A DNA stretch of 56,788 nt from Actinomycetota bacterium (GCA_009700485.1 WLLZ01000001.1:1-56788), one strand, 5' to 3'. Positions 10,236 to 19,202 are shown, counted from the stretch's first letter. The notes: generated by a model from the sequence alone, not told the origin. Numbers and translations are program-made.

Positions 10236-11309
10236 GTGGCTTTAACTATTGGCATCGTCGGACTCCCAAATGTTGGCAAATCGACGCTCTTCAACGCGCT
10301 GACCAAAAACGACGTGCTGGCCGCCAACTACCCGTTCGCGACCATTGAGCCGAACACGGGTGTCGTGGGTGTACCCGATCCGCGCCTTGGCGTCCTCGCC
10401 AAGATCTTCGGCTCTGAACGCGAGTTGCCAGCAGCCGTGACTTTCGTCGACATCGCCGGCATCGTCAAAGGAGCGAGTGAAGGCGCTGGCCTCGGCAACA
10501 AGTTCCTGGCCAATATCCGCGAGTCAGAAGCTATCTGCCAGGTGCTCCGGGCATTTCACGACGATGATGTGGTGCACGTCGAAGGTCGGGTGTCTCCCGA
10601 AGAGGATATGGAGACCATCAATACCGAATTAATCTTGGCTGATATACAAACACTCGACAAAGCCATCCCGCGGTTGGAAAAAGAAGCCCGTACCGATAAA
10701 TCGAAAGCAGCCAATCTTGCTGCCGCTCAAGAGGCGCGGGCACTACTGGATGGCGGCACCACCATTTTTGCATCGGGTATCGATAGCGCGCCGCTGCGCG
10801 AGTTGTTCTTGCTGACCGCTAAGCCATTTCTTTACGTAATAAATGTTGATGAAGAAGAACTTGCCGATGTTGATTTTCAGCAAAGGATGCGTGACCTAGT
10901 TGCGCCAGCGGAGGCCGTCTTCCTTGACGCCAAGCTCGAAGCAGAACTTGTTGAACTGCCAGATGATGAAGCACTTGAGTTGTTGCAGTCTGTCGGTCAG
11001 GTTGAATCAGGATTACATGCGTTAGCGCGCGTAGGGTTTGCCACCTTGGGTCTGCAGACTTACCTGACCGCCGGACCGAAAGAAGCCCGCGCCTGGACGA
11101 TCCCGGTGGGTGCAACAGCGCCAGAAGCAGCAGGCGTGATCCACACCGACTTCCAGAAGGGCTTCATCAAGGCTGAAGTTGTCTCCTTCGATGACCTAGT
11201 GGCAACTGGTTCTATGTCTGAAGCCAAGGCGAAAGGCAAAGTCCGCATCGAAGGCAAGGAATATGTCATGGCCGATGGTGACGTGGTCGAGTTTCGCTTC
11301 AATGTCTAG
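10236..11309 (+). CDS. ychF: redox-regulated ribosome-binding ATPase YchF
   Basis: GIVGLPNVGKSTLFNALT G1 motif, ...DIAGIVKGAS..., and C-terminal TGS-like ...AWTIPVGATAPEAAGVIHTDFQKGFIKAEV. Confidence 0.95.
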   Translation: MALTIGIVGLPNVGKSTLFNALTKNDVLAANYPFATIEPNTGVVGVPDPRLGVLAKIFGSERELPAAVTFVDIAGIVKGASEGAGLGNKFLANIRESEAICQVLRAFHDDDVVHVEGRVSPEEDMETINTELILADIQTLDKAIPRLEKEARTDKSKAANLAAAQEARALLDGGTTIFASGIDSAPLRELFLLTAKPFLYVINVDEEELADVDFQQRMRDLVAPAEAVFLDAKLEAELVELPDDEALELLQSVGQVESGLHALARVGFATLGLQTYLTAGPKEARAWTIPVGATAPEAAGVIHTDFQKGFIKAEVVSFDDLVATGSMSEAKAKGKVRIEGKEYVMADGDVVEFRFNV

Positions 11310-11723
11310 CCCGACGTCACGGTTGCACGGAGTGACTGTCCTCGTTGATGACTATGACGAGGCGATAGCGCACTTCGTCGGTGATCTGGGATTCCACCTC
11401 GTCGAGGACACGAACTTGGGAGGCGGAAAGCGCTGGGTCCGGGTCGCACCGGATCCCGAAGGCGGACCTGCGCTGCTACTGGCCGTTGCGTCGACTGCTG
11501 AGCAGCGCGCCGCCATCGGCAGGCAGGTGGACGCGTTGGCTTCTTTCTTCACACGACCGACTTCGCGGCTCAGCACGCCCGCCTTGTGTAGCGCGGCGTC
11601 CGCATGACCGAAGAGCCTCGCGTCGAGGCCTACGGCACCGTGGTCGTGTTTGAAGACCGCTATGGCAACCGCTGGGATCTCATCCAACCTGTCGGCGGTC
11701 ATGGCGGTCATGGCGGTCGGTGA
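11302..11723 (+). pseudogene. VOC/glyoxalase-family gene, disrupted by a frameshift plus an in-frame stop
   Basis: MSSPTSRLHGVTVLVDDYDEAIAHFVGDLGFHLVEDTNLGGGKRWVRVAP... is sensible up to about 11520. The sensible reading (..AGGRVGFFLHTTDFAAQHARLV*RGVRMTEEPRVEAYGTVVVFEDRYGNRWDLIQP..) then continues in another frame and contains TAG at 11589-11591. The ATG overlaps the ychF stop (ATGTCTAG). Confidence 0.7.
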
Positions 11724-11889
11724 CGCGACGTCGTCGAGTTCTACGGATGTCAGATTGACTTCAGATTCTTCAAAGCCTAATTACGTGAAAATTTCTGCAC
11801 TAGTTCGGCAAGCAACCGGCCCCGGACCAACAGCGGTCAGGGGCCAGCAACAAGATTTAAACACCCCCACCTAGTGGCGGGGAACGGGG

Positions 11890-12072
11890 CTACTCTTCAT
11901 TACCCTCAAAGCACAGGTAGGGTGCAACGAGATAATTGCCTGACCAGGGGTTTGCAGAGGGGCCTAGGGTGCCGCCGATACAGGCCGCACCGGGCCGTAC
12001 CCAACCAACACCGAGTGCGAGCCGATCGGTTGGCGCTGAGCTAACTGGGGTAGCAATATCAATATTCGGCAT
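11890..12072 (-). CDS. small peptide, paralog A (60 aa from the ATG), unknown family
   Basis: MPNIDIATPVSSAPTDRLALGVGWVRPGAACIGGTLGPSANPWSGNYLVAPYLCFEGNEE. GGAG lies 6 nt before the ATG (the track uses an upstream TTG at 12084). Hairpin at 11818-11845 downstream in the transcribed sense. Confidence 0.6.
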   Translation of the reverse strand: MPNIDIATPVSSAPTDRLALGVGWVRPGAACIGGTLGPSANPWSGNYLVAPYLCFEGNEE

Positions 12073-12263
12073 CGAGTGCTCCAATCATTGGCCGGGCGAA
12101 TACCCAAACGGGCGCGATCTTCAACGTTACGTCACAAAACGTCAAACACCTACGGTTTGAAGAAACTTTCTACAACGGCTGAACAAACAACTGACCCCCA
12201 ACCAACATCGGTCAGGGGCCAGCAACAGGGTTTAAACACCCCACCTAACGGTAGGAAACGGTG

Positions 12264-12428
12264 CTACTCTTCATTACCCTCAAAGCAAATAGAAGGCATG
12301 TGGGGTGCCCACGAGGGGTTTAGGGTGCCGCCGATACCGGCCGCACCGGGCCGTACCCAACCAACACCTAGTGCGAGCCGATCGGTTGGCGCTGAGCTAA
12401 CTGGGGTAGCAATATCAATATTCGGCAT
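12264..12428 (-). CDS. small peptide, paralog B (54 aa), unknown family; not in the ORF track
   Basis: Hand translation: MPNIDIATPVSSAPTDRLALGVGWVRPGAAGIGGTLNPSWAPHMPSICFEGNEE, stop TAG (plus-strand cta 12264-12266). Same leader and SD as paralog A. Hairpin CTGACC..GGTCAG (12191-12215) followed by a T-rich run in the transcribed sense. Confidence 0.6.
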   Translation of the reverse strand: MPNIDIATPVSSAPTDRLALGVGWVRPGAAGIGGTLNPSWAPHMPSICFEGNEE

Positions 12429-12591
12429 CGAGTGCTCCAATCATTGGCCGGGCGAATACCCAAACGGGCACCGACTAATAATGGTAAATCACTGCTGCCA
12501 AAAAACCAGTGCCCGAGTGAAACTTTCTCCGCAGCCCGCTCTGTCATGGAGATGGTGAAACCACAACTACAGGACTCCGAATCGCCGCCAA

Positions 12592-12620
12592 TTGACTTTA
12601 GTTGGGTTTTCAACTATATT
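12592..12620 (+). promoter_or_regulatory. near-consensus sigma-70-type promoter upstream of the DoxX gene
   Basis: TTGACT (12592-12597), 17-nt spacer, TATATT (12615-12620) in a locally AT-rich patch. TTTCAACTA is repeated at 12608-12616 and 12629-12637. Confidence 0.45.
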
Positions 12621-12748
12621 CGTATAACTTTCAACTAGCCGCTGATCGTCGAGGAAGACCCATCGGTAATCTGTGACCACCCGTTGGCTTCCCTTTTGAT
12701 AACGAGCAGTGGTTGAGTTTCCACCAACTACTAGCTGAAGAGGTATCA

Positions 12749-13099
12749 GTGAACATCGCACTCATCGTCCTTACCGCCCTTCTTGGTTTGATCGGGGCTT
12801 TCTCGGCATTTGGGAAGTACTCAGGTAACGCCAAAACAGTCGAGATGCTGGGCGGTCTTGGCCTCGATAATCGCCAGATCCGCTTGCTGGGAACGATCGA
12901 AATATTCGGCGCATTGGGCCTGCTAGTTGGTATCTGGCTCCCAATATTGGGCCTACTCGCCGCTATTGGCTTCGTTCTTTATTTCTTGGGAGCAGCCATC
13001 GCGCACCTGCGCGCGAAGCAATCAGGTAAGGAAATGGCCCCGGCCTTGGTGCTACTGGTGCTATCGATAATCGTGGTGCTCCTTCAGCTCACCCGTTAG
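12749..13099 (+). CDS. DoxX-family membrane protein
   Basis: Four hydrophobic segments (VNIALIVLTALLGLIGAFSAF...IEIFGALGLLVGIW...LAAIGFVLYFLGAAIAHL...). GTG 12749 is preceded by GAAGAGG; the track ORF begins at TTG 12713. Confidence 0.75.
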   Translation: MNIALIVLTALLGLIGAFSAFGKYSGNAKTVEMLGGLGLDNRQIRLLGTIEIFGALGLLVGIWLPILGLLAAIGFVLYFLGAAIAHLRAKQSGKEMAPALVLLVLSIIVVLLQLTR

Positions 13100-13121
13100 G
13101 CAGCAAAGGACCCATCGCTGC

Positions 13122-13190
13122 TGAATGCGCGCGTTTTAGTCGTTAAATCACCGGAATTCGGTTTTTTAACGACTAAAACGCGCGCATTCA
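13122..13190 (+). terminator. very long perfect hairpin (26-bp stem, 17-nt loop) after the DoxX gene
   Basis: tGAATGCGCGCGTTTTAGTCGTTAAA (13122-13147) pairs perfectly with TTTAACGACTAAAACGCGCGCATTCa (13165-13190). No U-tail follows on the plus strand. The terminator role is inferred from position only. Confidence 0.5.
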
Positions 13191-13246
13191 CGCGGTTGCT
13201 CAATGTCAGCGTTTTCACTGATCGGCCCTGCACCACATAGGCTGCC

Positions 13247-15115
13247 GTGGTGACCCTCCGCGAAGATCTTCGAAATGTTGCCATTATTGCCCACGTTGAC
13301 CACGGTAAAACCACCTTGGTGGACGCCATGCTTTGGCAATCGGGGGCCTTTCGCGAGAACCAGGACGTCAACGACCGAGTCATGGATTCCATGGATCTCG
13401 AGCGCGAAAAGGGCATCACGATCTTGGCGAAGAACACCTCGGTGCACTACACGGGCCCCGGGGCTCCTGAGGGCGGTGTCACCTTCAACATCATCGATAC
13501 CCCCGGCCACGCCGACTTCGGCGGTGAGGTCGAGCGCGGTCTAGAGATGGTCGATGGCGTAGTGCTGCTCGTGGATGCATCTGAAGGCCCGCTGCCACAG
13601 ACCCGCTTCGTGCTGCGCAAGGCGCTGCAGAAGAACCTGCCTGTTGTCCTAGTAATCAACAAAGTTGACCGCCCCGACTCCCGCATTAGCGAAGTTGTTG
13701 ACGAAACTTACGAACTGTTCTTGGACCTAGATGCCACGGAGAAGCAAATTGACTTCCCGATTGTCTACACCAGCGCCAAGGCCGGCCGCGCATCACTGAC
13801 GCGCACCGCTGACGGCGGCATGCCCGAGGAAGAAAACCTCGAGCCGCTGTTCACGACATTACTCAAGACGGTACCGGCGCCCTCATATGACGAGGCCAAG
13901 CCTTTGCAAGCGCACGTCACCAACCTTGATGCCTCGCCTTACCTCGGGCGCCTTGCACTTTGTCGCGTGCACCAGGGCTACATCAAAAAGGGCCAGCAGG
14001 TGGCCTGGATGAAGGCCGATGGCACCGTCGAACGTGCCAAGGTTGTTGAACTACTCATCACCAAGGCCCTAACCCGGGTGCCCGCTGAGAGCGCAGGCCC
14101 CGGTGACATCATCGCGGTTGCCGGCATCCCAGAGATCACCATCGGCGAGACCCTCGCTGATATCGATAATCCGGTAGCGCTTCCGGTGATCACCGTTGAT
14201 GAGCCGTCCATCTCGATGACATTCGGCATCAACACTGCACCCCTCGCGGGCAAGAGCGGCAAGAAGCTCACCGCCAGCATGGTTAAGGCGCGGCTGGAGC
14301 AAGAGCTCGTCGGCAATGTGTCGATCCGGATGAACCAGACCGAGCGCCCCGACACCTGGGAGATCCAAGGCCGCGGTGAACTCCAGTTGGCGATCCTCGT
14401 TGAGATGATGCGCCGGGAGGACTTCGAGCTCACCGTCGGTAAGCCGCAGGTCGTTACGCGCATCATTGACGGCAAAATCAATGAGCCGATGGAGCGCCTG
14501 AGCGTCGACATCCCCGAGGACTACCTCGGCGTCGTGACCCAACTAATGGCGCTGCGCAAGGGCCGAATGGAGCAGATGGTCAACCACGGCACCGGCTGGG
14601 TCCGCATGGACTACATCGTCCCGGCCCGTGGCCTGATCGGCTTTCGCACCGAGTTCCTCACTGAGACTCGCGGAACCGGCCTATTGCACCACGTCTTCGA
14701 GCGCTACGAGCCCTGGCATGGCGAGCTGCGCACCCGCCCGACCGGCTCACTCGTGGCCGACCGCACCGGCCCAACGACCGGCTTTGCATTGGCGAACCTC
14801 CAAGATCGCGGCACCATGTTCGTCGGTCCTGGCACCGAGGTATACGAAGGCATGATCGTCGGCGAGAATTCAAGGTCTGATGACATGGACGTCAACCCGA
14901 CCAAGGAGAAAAAACTCACCAATATGCGCCAGTCGTCCGGCGATATTTTGGTTCCACTCATCCCTCATAAGCAGCTTTCACTAGAGCAGGCCCTCGAATT
15001 CTGCCGCGAGGACGAATGCGTCGAGGTGACCCCGGCAACGGTACGGATCCGCAAGGTGCTCTTGATGGCCGCTGACCGTTCAAAGGCGGGGCGCAAGCCC
15101 AAAGCGCAGTCATAG
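13247..15115 (+). CDS. typA: translational GTPase TypA/BipA
   Basis: [31 protein letters not shown] and NKVDR G-motifs, with EF-G-like domain order. Confidence 0.95.
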   Translation: MVTLREDLRNVAIIAHVDHGKTTLVDAMLWQSGAFRENQDVNDRVMDSMDLEREKGITILAKNTSVHYTGPGAPEGGVTFNIIDTPGHADFGGEVERGLEMVDGVVLLVDASEGPLPQTRFVLRKALQKNLPVVLVINKVDRPDSRISEVVDETYELFLDLDATEKQIDFPIVYTSAKAGRASLTRTADGGMPEEENLEPLFTTLLKTVPAPSYDEAKPLQAHVTNLDASPYLGRLALCRVHQGYIKKGQQVAWMKADGTVERAKVVELLITKALTRVPAESAGPGDIIAVAGIPEITIGETLADIDNPVALPVITVDEPSISMTFGINTAPLAGKSGKKLTASMVKARLEQELVGNVSIRMNQTERPDTWEIQGRGELQLAILVEMMRREDFELTVGKPQVVTRIIDGKINEPMERLSVDIPEDYLGVVTQLMALRKGRMEQMVNHGTGWVRMDYIVPARGLIGFRTEFLTETRGTGLLHHVFERYEPWHGELRTRPTGSLVADRTGPTTGFALANLQDRGTMFVGPGTEVYEGMIVGENSRSDDMDVNPTKEKKLTNMRQSSGDILVPLIPHKQLSLEQALEFCREDECVEVTPATVRIRKVLLMAADRSKAGRKPKAQS

Positions 15116-15137
15116 TAGCTCGCTCTTTGGCACAACT

Positions 15138-15158
15138 AGGTCACAATCTGACCTTTTT
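15138..15158 (+). terminator. weak intrinsic terminator candidate after typA
   Basis: AGGTCA caatc TGACCT followed by TTTTT. The stem is only 6 bp. Confidence 0.35.
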
Positions 15159-15257
15159 GCCTCCTATGGGCTTGCCGAATTGTTACTGAAGAGTAACCTC
15201 TGAGGAGGGCTTTAGCCACGTGCTTGGGCCAAAAAACGGGGGTGGGGGGGTGTTTTA

Positions 15258-16241
15258 GTGGCCAAGGCGGCATTGATCGAAAGCCCTGCCGCCTTGACCG
15301 GCAGTGAAGTTGCCAGCCGCTCACTACGGCAGATTGTGTGGACGCGCCTGCGCCGCGATAAATTGGCCATGGTCTGTTTGTTCATCTTGATCGCCCTGTA
15401 TTTAATAGCAATTTTTGCTCCAGTAATCTGCGGACTACTCGGCGTTGACCCATACTCATTCGACAAAGAATCAATCAGTGATAGCGGCGGCGGCCCGGTC
15501 GGCACCTGGGGCGGCATCAGCACCGAACACCCGCTCGGAGTTGAGTGGGGTACCGGGCGCGATATTTTCGCGCAATTGCTTTACGGCCTGCGAATATCGC
15601 TACTGATTGCAACCACCGCGACCATTCTCACCGTCTTCTTTGGCACAGTACTCGGAATCATCTCCGGTTACGCCGGTGGCAAGACCGATGCCGTCATCGG
15701 GCGCACCATGGATCTCATTCTTGCCTTCCCGTTCCTGCTCATCATCTTGGCAATGTCGGGAGTGTTGACCCAGCGTCTAACAGCCCTTGGAGTTCCCGAT
15801 GGCAACCCATCGCGAATCACCTACTTAATCATCGTATTAAGTATTTTTGGTTGGCCTTATCTGGCACGTATTGTGCGCGGGCAAGTCTTGAGTGTGCGAG
15901 AACGTGAATTCGTTGAAGCCTCGATCGCGATGGGGGCTAGCCGCTACCGCATCTTATTTAAGGAAATCCTGCCAAATCTATGGGCACCGATTCTCGTCTA
16001 CGCCACGTTGACATTGCCAACTTATGTTGGCACCGAGGCGGCTTTGTCTTTCTTGGGAGTCGGAGTGCTGCCGCCGGACACTTCATTCGGTGGCATGTTG
16101 GGCAACTCGGTCAGCTACTTCAGCGTGGTTCCGTCCTATTTATTCATTCCAGGCGTGGTCCTGGTGGTTCTTGTTGTCACTTTTAATCTCGTCGGGGACG
16201 CTGTCCGCGACGCCCTAGATCCCCGCGCCGGACGGGTGTGA
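15258..16241 (+). CDS. peptide ABC transporter permease (OppC/DppC-like)
   Basis: Six TM-type hydrophobic segments and an EAA-loop-like EASIAMGASRYRILFKEILPN. Confidence 0.85.
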   Translation: MAKAALIESPAALTGSEVASRSLRQIVWTRLRRDKLAMVCLFILIALYLIAIFAPVICGLLGVDPYSFDKESISDSGGGPVGTWGGISTEHPLGVEWGTGRDIFAQLLYGLRISLLIATTATILTVFFGTVLGIISGYAGGKTDAVIGRTMDLILAFPFLLIILAMSGVLTQRLTALGVPDGNPSRITYLIIVLSIFGWPYLARIVRGQVLSVREREFVEASIAMGASRYRILFKEILPNLWAPILVYATLTLPTYVGTEAALSFLGVGVLPPDTSFGGMLGNSVSYFSVVPSYLFIPGVVLVVLVVTFNLVGDAVRDALDPRAGRV

Positions 16242-16317
16242 GCCAAATGCCCACGCTTTCGGTACGTAAGAAGATCGGTAACGTGGCTGCCATTGGGCCA
16301 TTGGGATCCGATGTCGT

Positions 16318-16337
16318 GGACCAAGGCAACTTGGTCC
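16318..16337 (+). other. 8-bp perfect stem-loop between the permease and binding-protein genes
   Basis: GGACCAAG gcaa CTTGGTCC, preceded by the tandem CCATTGGG CCATTGGG (16290-16305). Confidence 0.4.
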
Positions 16338-16355
16338 GATTTATTGGGAGGAATT

Positions 16356-18107
16356 ATGGGCAAGGCTAATAAAGGCCTGCGCTTAGCGGCGGTCGGTGCA
16401 GTTGCTGCACTTGCACTTGCCGCCTGCGGCGGGGGCAGTAGTTCAAGTTCGAGCGCATCAGGGGGCGCAGAGCCAACAAAGGGCGGCACCCTTTACTACC
16501 TGACAAATGCCGAGCAGTTCGATCAAATCGATCCGCAACGCATCTACACGGGTGAGGATCTGGCCTTCTTCAATGGCACGATTTACCGCACCCTGACCGC
16601 TTACAAGTTCTCAGCCGATCCCACAGAAGGCACATCGATAGTGGGTGATCTTGCAACTGACACCGGCACTGTGACAAATGGTGGTAAGACTTGGGCGTTC
16701 ACCATTCGCGACGGCGCTACCTTCCAAGATGGCTCACCCGTTACTTGCGCTGACGTTGCCTACGGCACCTCACGTACGTTCGCAACCGATGTCATCACCG
16801 GCGGACCGACCTATGCCATCTCGATGCTTGACATCCCAACATTGGAAGATGGTTCTTCGGCGTATAAAGGCCCGTACACGGGTGAGGGCCAAGACCTATT
16901 CGATAAGGCCGTTACCTGCTCGGCCGATGGCAAGACCATCACGTTCAATCTCAGCCGACCGGTACCGGACTTCAACTACACGGTGACCCTTACCGCCTTC
17001 GCACCAGTACCCAAGGCATCAGATACTGGTGAAAAGTACGGCGATGCTCCAGTGTCATCGGGGCCATACAAGATTGAGTCTAATAAGAACGGCAAGGGTG
17101 GCAAGATGGTTTTGGTCCGCAACGATAAGTGGGATCCAGCCAGCGATGACTACCGCAAGGCTTACCCAGATACTTGGGAAGTTGACTACGGCCTTGATGT
17201 AAAAGTAATTGATCAACGCCTAATCACCAGTTCTGGAAATGACGCCACGGCGCTTGCCCTTGGCGTTGAGCCAGAGCAACTGGGCGTTATCTATAAGAGC
17301 CCAACCGAGGTCAATCCGGAGTTCGCGGGCCGGGCGATCAGTGAACTCGATCCATATGTTCGCTACCTTGCGATCAATACTGCGAAGGTGCCGAACCTTA
17401 AGATCCGCCAGGCAATAGCGGTGGCCCTTGATCGTGACGCGCTGCGGAAGAATGCCGGTGGCGATTTCGCCGGTGACTACGCCGATGGCGTCATCAAGCC
17501 GAACATGGGTGTTGACTACGCGCCAACTGGCATGTGGGAAACCTTACTCGGCGAGAAGGTTGCAGACGGAGGTAATCCGGAGCTGGCGAAGAAGCTGATC
17601 GCCGAATCCGGTGAAGCTGCACCGACGATCACCTTCGATTACCCGCAGTCGCCAACTGCTGACAAGGCAGCAGCGATTGTGGTGGACTCACTCGGCAAGG
17701 CAGGCATTACCGTCAAGCCAAACCCGATTGAGCCAGGTCAGTATTACGGCGTGGTCTTCGACCCGGAGAAAGCGCATGAATTGATCAACGCAGGTTGGGG
17801 TCCTGACTGGCCGAACGCATCGACCATCATCCCTGAGCTGTTCACGCCAACTGGCGGTTTCAACCTGTCGCAGTACGACAATGCGGAGTTCAACGCCGCT
17901 GTCGAGGCCGCAAAGATTGAGCCTGACCGGGCAAAGCAGGCCAAGATGTGGCAGGACCTCAACGCCAAGGCTATGGCCGACGTCGTTGTGATCCCGACCC
18001 GCTTTGGTCGTGAGCAGCGCCTTGTTGGTAAGCAGATCGGCCCCGTGTACTTATGGCCGGCCTACGGCTCCTGGCCGTATGGCGAGATGTACGCGGCTCA
18101 GCAGTAG
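16356..18107 (+). CDS. peptide ABC transporter substrate-binding lipoprotein (family 5, OppA/DppA-like)
   Basis: ATG 16356 follows GGGAGG. Lipobox LALAACGGGSSSS. Length and layout fit SBP family 5. Confidence 0.85.
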   Translation: MGKANKGLRLAAVGAVAALALAACGGGSSSSSSASGGAEPTKGGTLYYLTNAEQFDQIDPQRIYTGEDLAFFNGTIYRTLTAYKFSADPTEGTSIVGDLATDTGTVTNGGKTWAFTIRDGATFQDGSPVTCADVAYGTSRTFATDVITGGPTYAISMLDIPTLEDGSSAYKGPYTGEGQDLFDKAVTCSADGKTITFNLSRPVPDFNYTVTLTAFAPVPKASDTGEKYGDAPVSSGPYKIESNKNGKGGKMVLVRNDKWDPASDDYRKAYPDTWEVDYGLDVKVIDQRLITSSGNDATALALGVEPEQLGVIYKSPTEVNPEFAGRAISELDPYVRYLAINTAKVPNLKIRQAIAVALDRDALRKNAGGDFAGDYADGVIKPNMGVDYAPTGMWETLLGEKVADGGNPELAKKLIAESGEAAPTITFDYPQSPTADKAAAIVVDSLGKAGITVKPNPIEPGQYYGVVFDPEKAHELINAGWGPDWPNASTIIPELFTPTGGFNLSQYDNAEFNAAVEAAKIEPDRAKQAKMWQDLNAKAMADVVVIPTRFGREQRLVGKQIGPVYLWPAYGSWPYGEMYAAQQ

Positions 18108-18114
18108 TTGAATT

Positions 18115-18143
18115 GGTGGGCGGGTGCGCAGCACCCGCCCACC
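18115..18143 (+). terminator. GC-rich 13-bp perfect hairpin directly after the binding-protein gene (terminator, attenuator or mRNA stabiliser)
   Basis: GGTGGGCGGGTGC gca GCACCCGCCCACC, with no U-tail. Confidence 0.5.
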
Positions 18144-18209
18144 AACACTGTCTTAGTGAAGTTTTTCGTCTCGCGTAAGCAGCCACCAAACCGATAGGAT
18201 TTGAAGTTC

Positions 18210-19202
18210 ATGAGTGCGTATGTAGTACGGCGAGTGATCAGCATGATCATCTTGCTGCTGCTGCTCACCCTCGTAGTTTTTATACTTTTTAGCTTGCTCC
18301 CTGCTGACCCGGCGCGCCTTACTTGCGGCAAAGGCTGCACACCGGAGGTGCTGGAAGCAAATAGACATAAACTCGGTCTCGATTTGCCAGTAATTCAGCA
18401 GTACTGGGAGTTCATGAAGGGATTGTTTGTCGGCCGCATTTATGCAGCTGACTCACCTGACCCGGTGGTATGCAACGCCCCGTGCCTGGGCTACTCCTTC
18501 AAGCGTGGTGAGGAAGTCCTGGTACTCATCAAAGATCGCTTGCCGGCAACAATCTGGCTGGCTCTTGGGGCTTTCATATTGTGGTTGGCGGCAGGTATTT
18601 CGCTTGGAATTTATGCTGCGCTGCGCCGAGGTAGGTGGCAGGACAAAACCGTGATGGGTATTTCGCTGGCGGGGTATTCGCTGCCCTCATTCTTCTTGGG
18701 ATTGATGGCGATATTTTTCATCGTGATTCGGCTCCAACTTTTGCCGTACCCAGCTTATGTGTCACCTTTTGAAAATCCAATACAGTTTTTTCAAACGATG
18801 CTGTTGCCGTGGATTGTGCTCGCGATTCTTTATGCGGCTTTCTACATGCGGTTGACTCGAAATCAGATGCTTGAAGTTCTAGGTGAGGATTATATTCGCA
18901 CCGCCCGGGCCAAGGGCTTGCCCGAACGTGTTGTTATTAGAAAGCATGCTCTGCGCGCAGGGCTAACCCCAATTGTTACCGCGGCGGGGCTTGATCTAGC
19001 GGGTTTACTCGGTGGTGCGATCATCACCGAAAGTATTTTCAGCTTGCCCGGCCTTGGGTCACTTGCTGTCAACTCGGTCAATGATGCTGATCTGCCGGTA
19101 ATCGTTGGCATCACCTTGGTTACGGCAACCTTCATCATTGTCGCCAATCTCGTCGTAGATTTACTTTATGCGGTAATAGACCCGAGGGTCAGGTTGGTGT
19201 GA
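18210..19202 (+). CDS. peptide ABC transporter permease (OppB/DppB-like)
   Basis: MSAYVVRRVISMIILL... typical DppB N-terminus and ...EDYIRTARAKGLPERVVIRKHALR EAA loop. Alternative start is TTG 18201. Confidence 0.85.
   Translation: MSAYVVRRVISMIILLLLLTLVVFILFSLLPADPARLTCGKGCTPEVLEANRHKLGLDLPVIQQYWEFMKGLFVGRIYAADSPDPVVCNAPCLGYSFKRGEEVLVLIKDRLPATIWLALGAFILWLAAGISLGIYAALRRGRWQDKTVMGISLAGYSLPSFFLGLMAIFFIVIRLQLLPYPAYVSPFENPIQFFQTMLLPWIVLAILYAAFYMRLTRNQMLEVLGEDYIRTARAKGLPERVVIRKHALRAGLTPIVTAAGLDLAGLLGGAIITESIFSLPGLGSLAVNSVNDADLPVIVGITLVTATFIIVANLVVDLLYAVIDPRVRLV

Larger units (their letters stand above)
11787..12469 (-). repeat. two tandem direct repeats (~0.31-0.33 kb each), each carrying one small-peptide cassette
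   Basis: 11787-12113 and ~12159-12469 align by eye. A ~150-nt block (5' leader plus first 36 codons) differs at 2 nt, a 25-nt block at the ORF end is identical, the centre is unalignable and the 3' flank is loosely similar. Confidence 0.9.

Noticed and set aside
12076-12558. Plus-strand 160-aa ORF spanning both repeat units. Also plus-strand ORF 11936..12160 and minus-strand ORFs 12368..12613 and 11650..11874.
   Set aside because: These ORFs run antisense or out of frame through the repeated cassettes. They have no SD and an Arg/Pro/Gly-rich composition. The substitution and indel pattern between the two copies (synonymous change, 18-nt in-frame indel) fits the short minus-strand frame instead. 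ORF 11650..11874 is the out-of-frame tail of the VOC pseudogene plus intergenic DNA.
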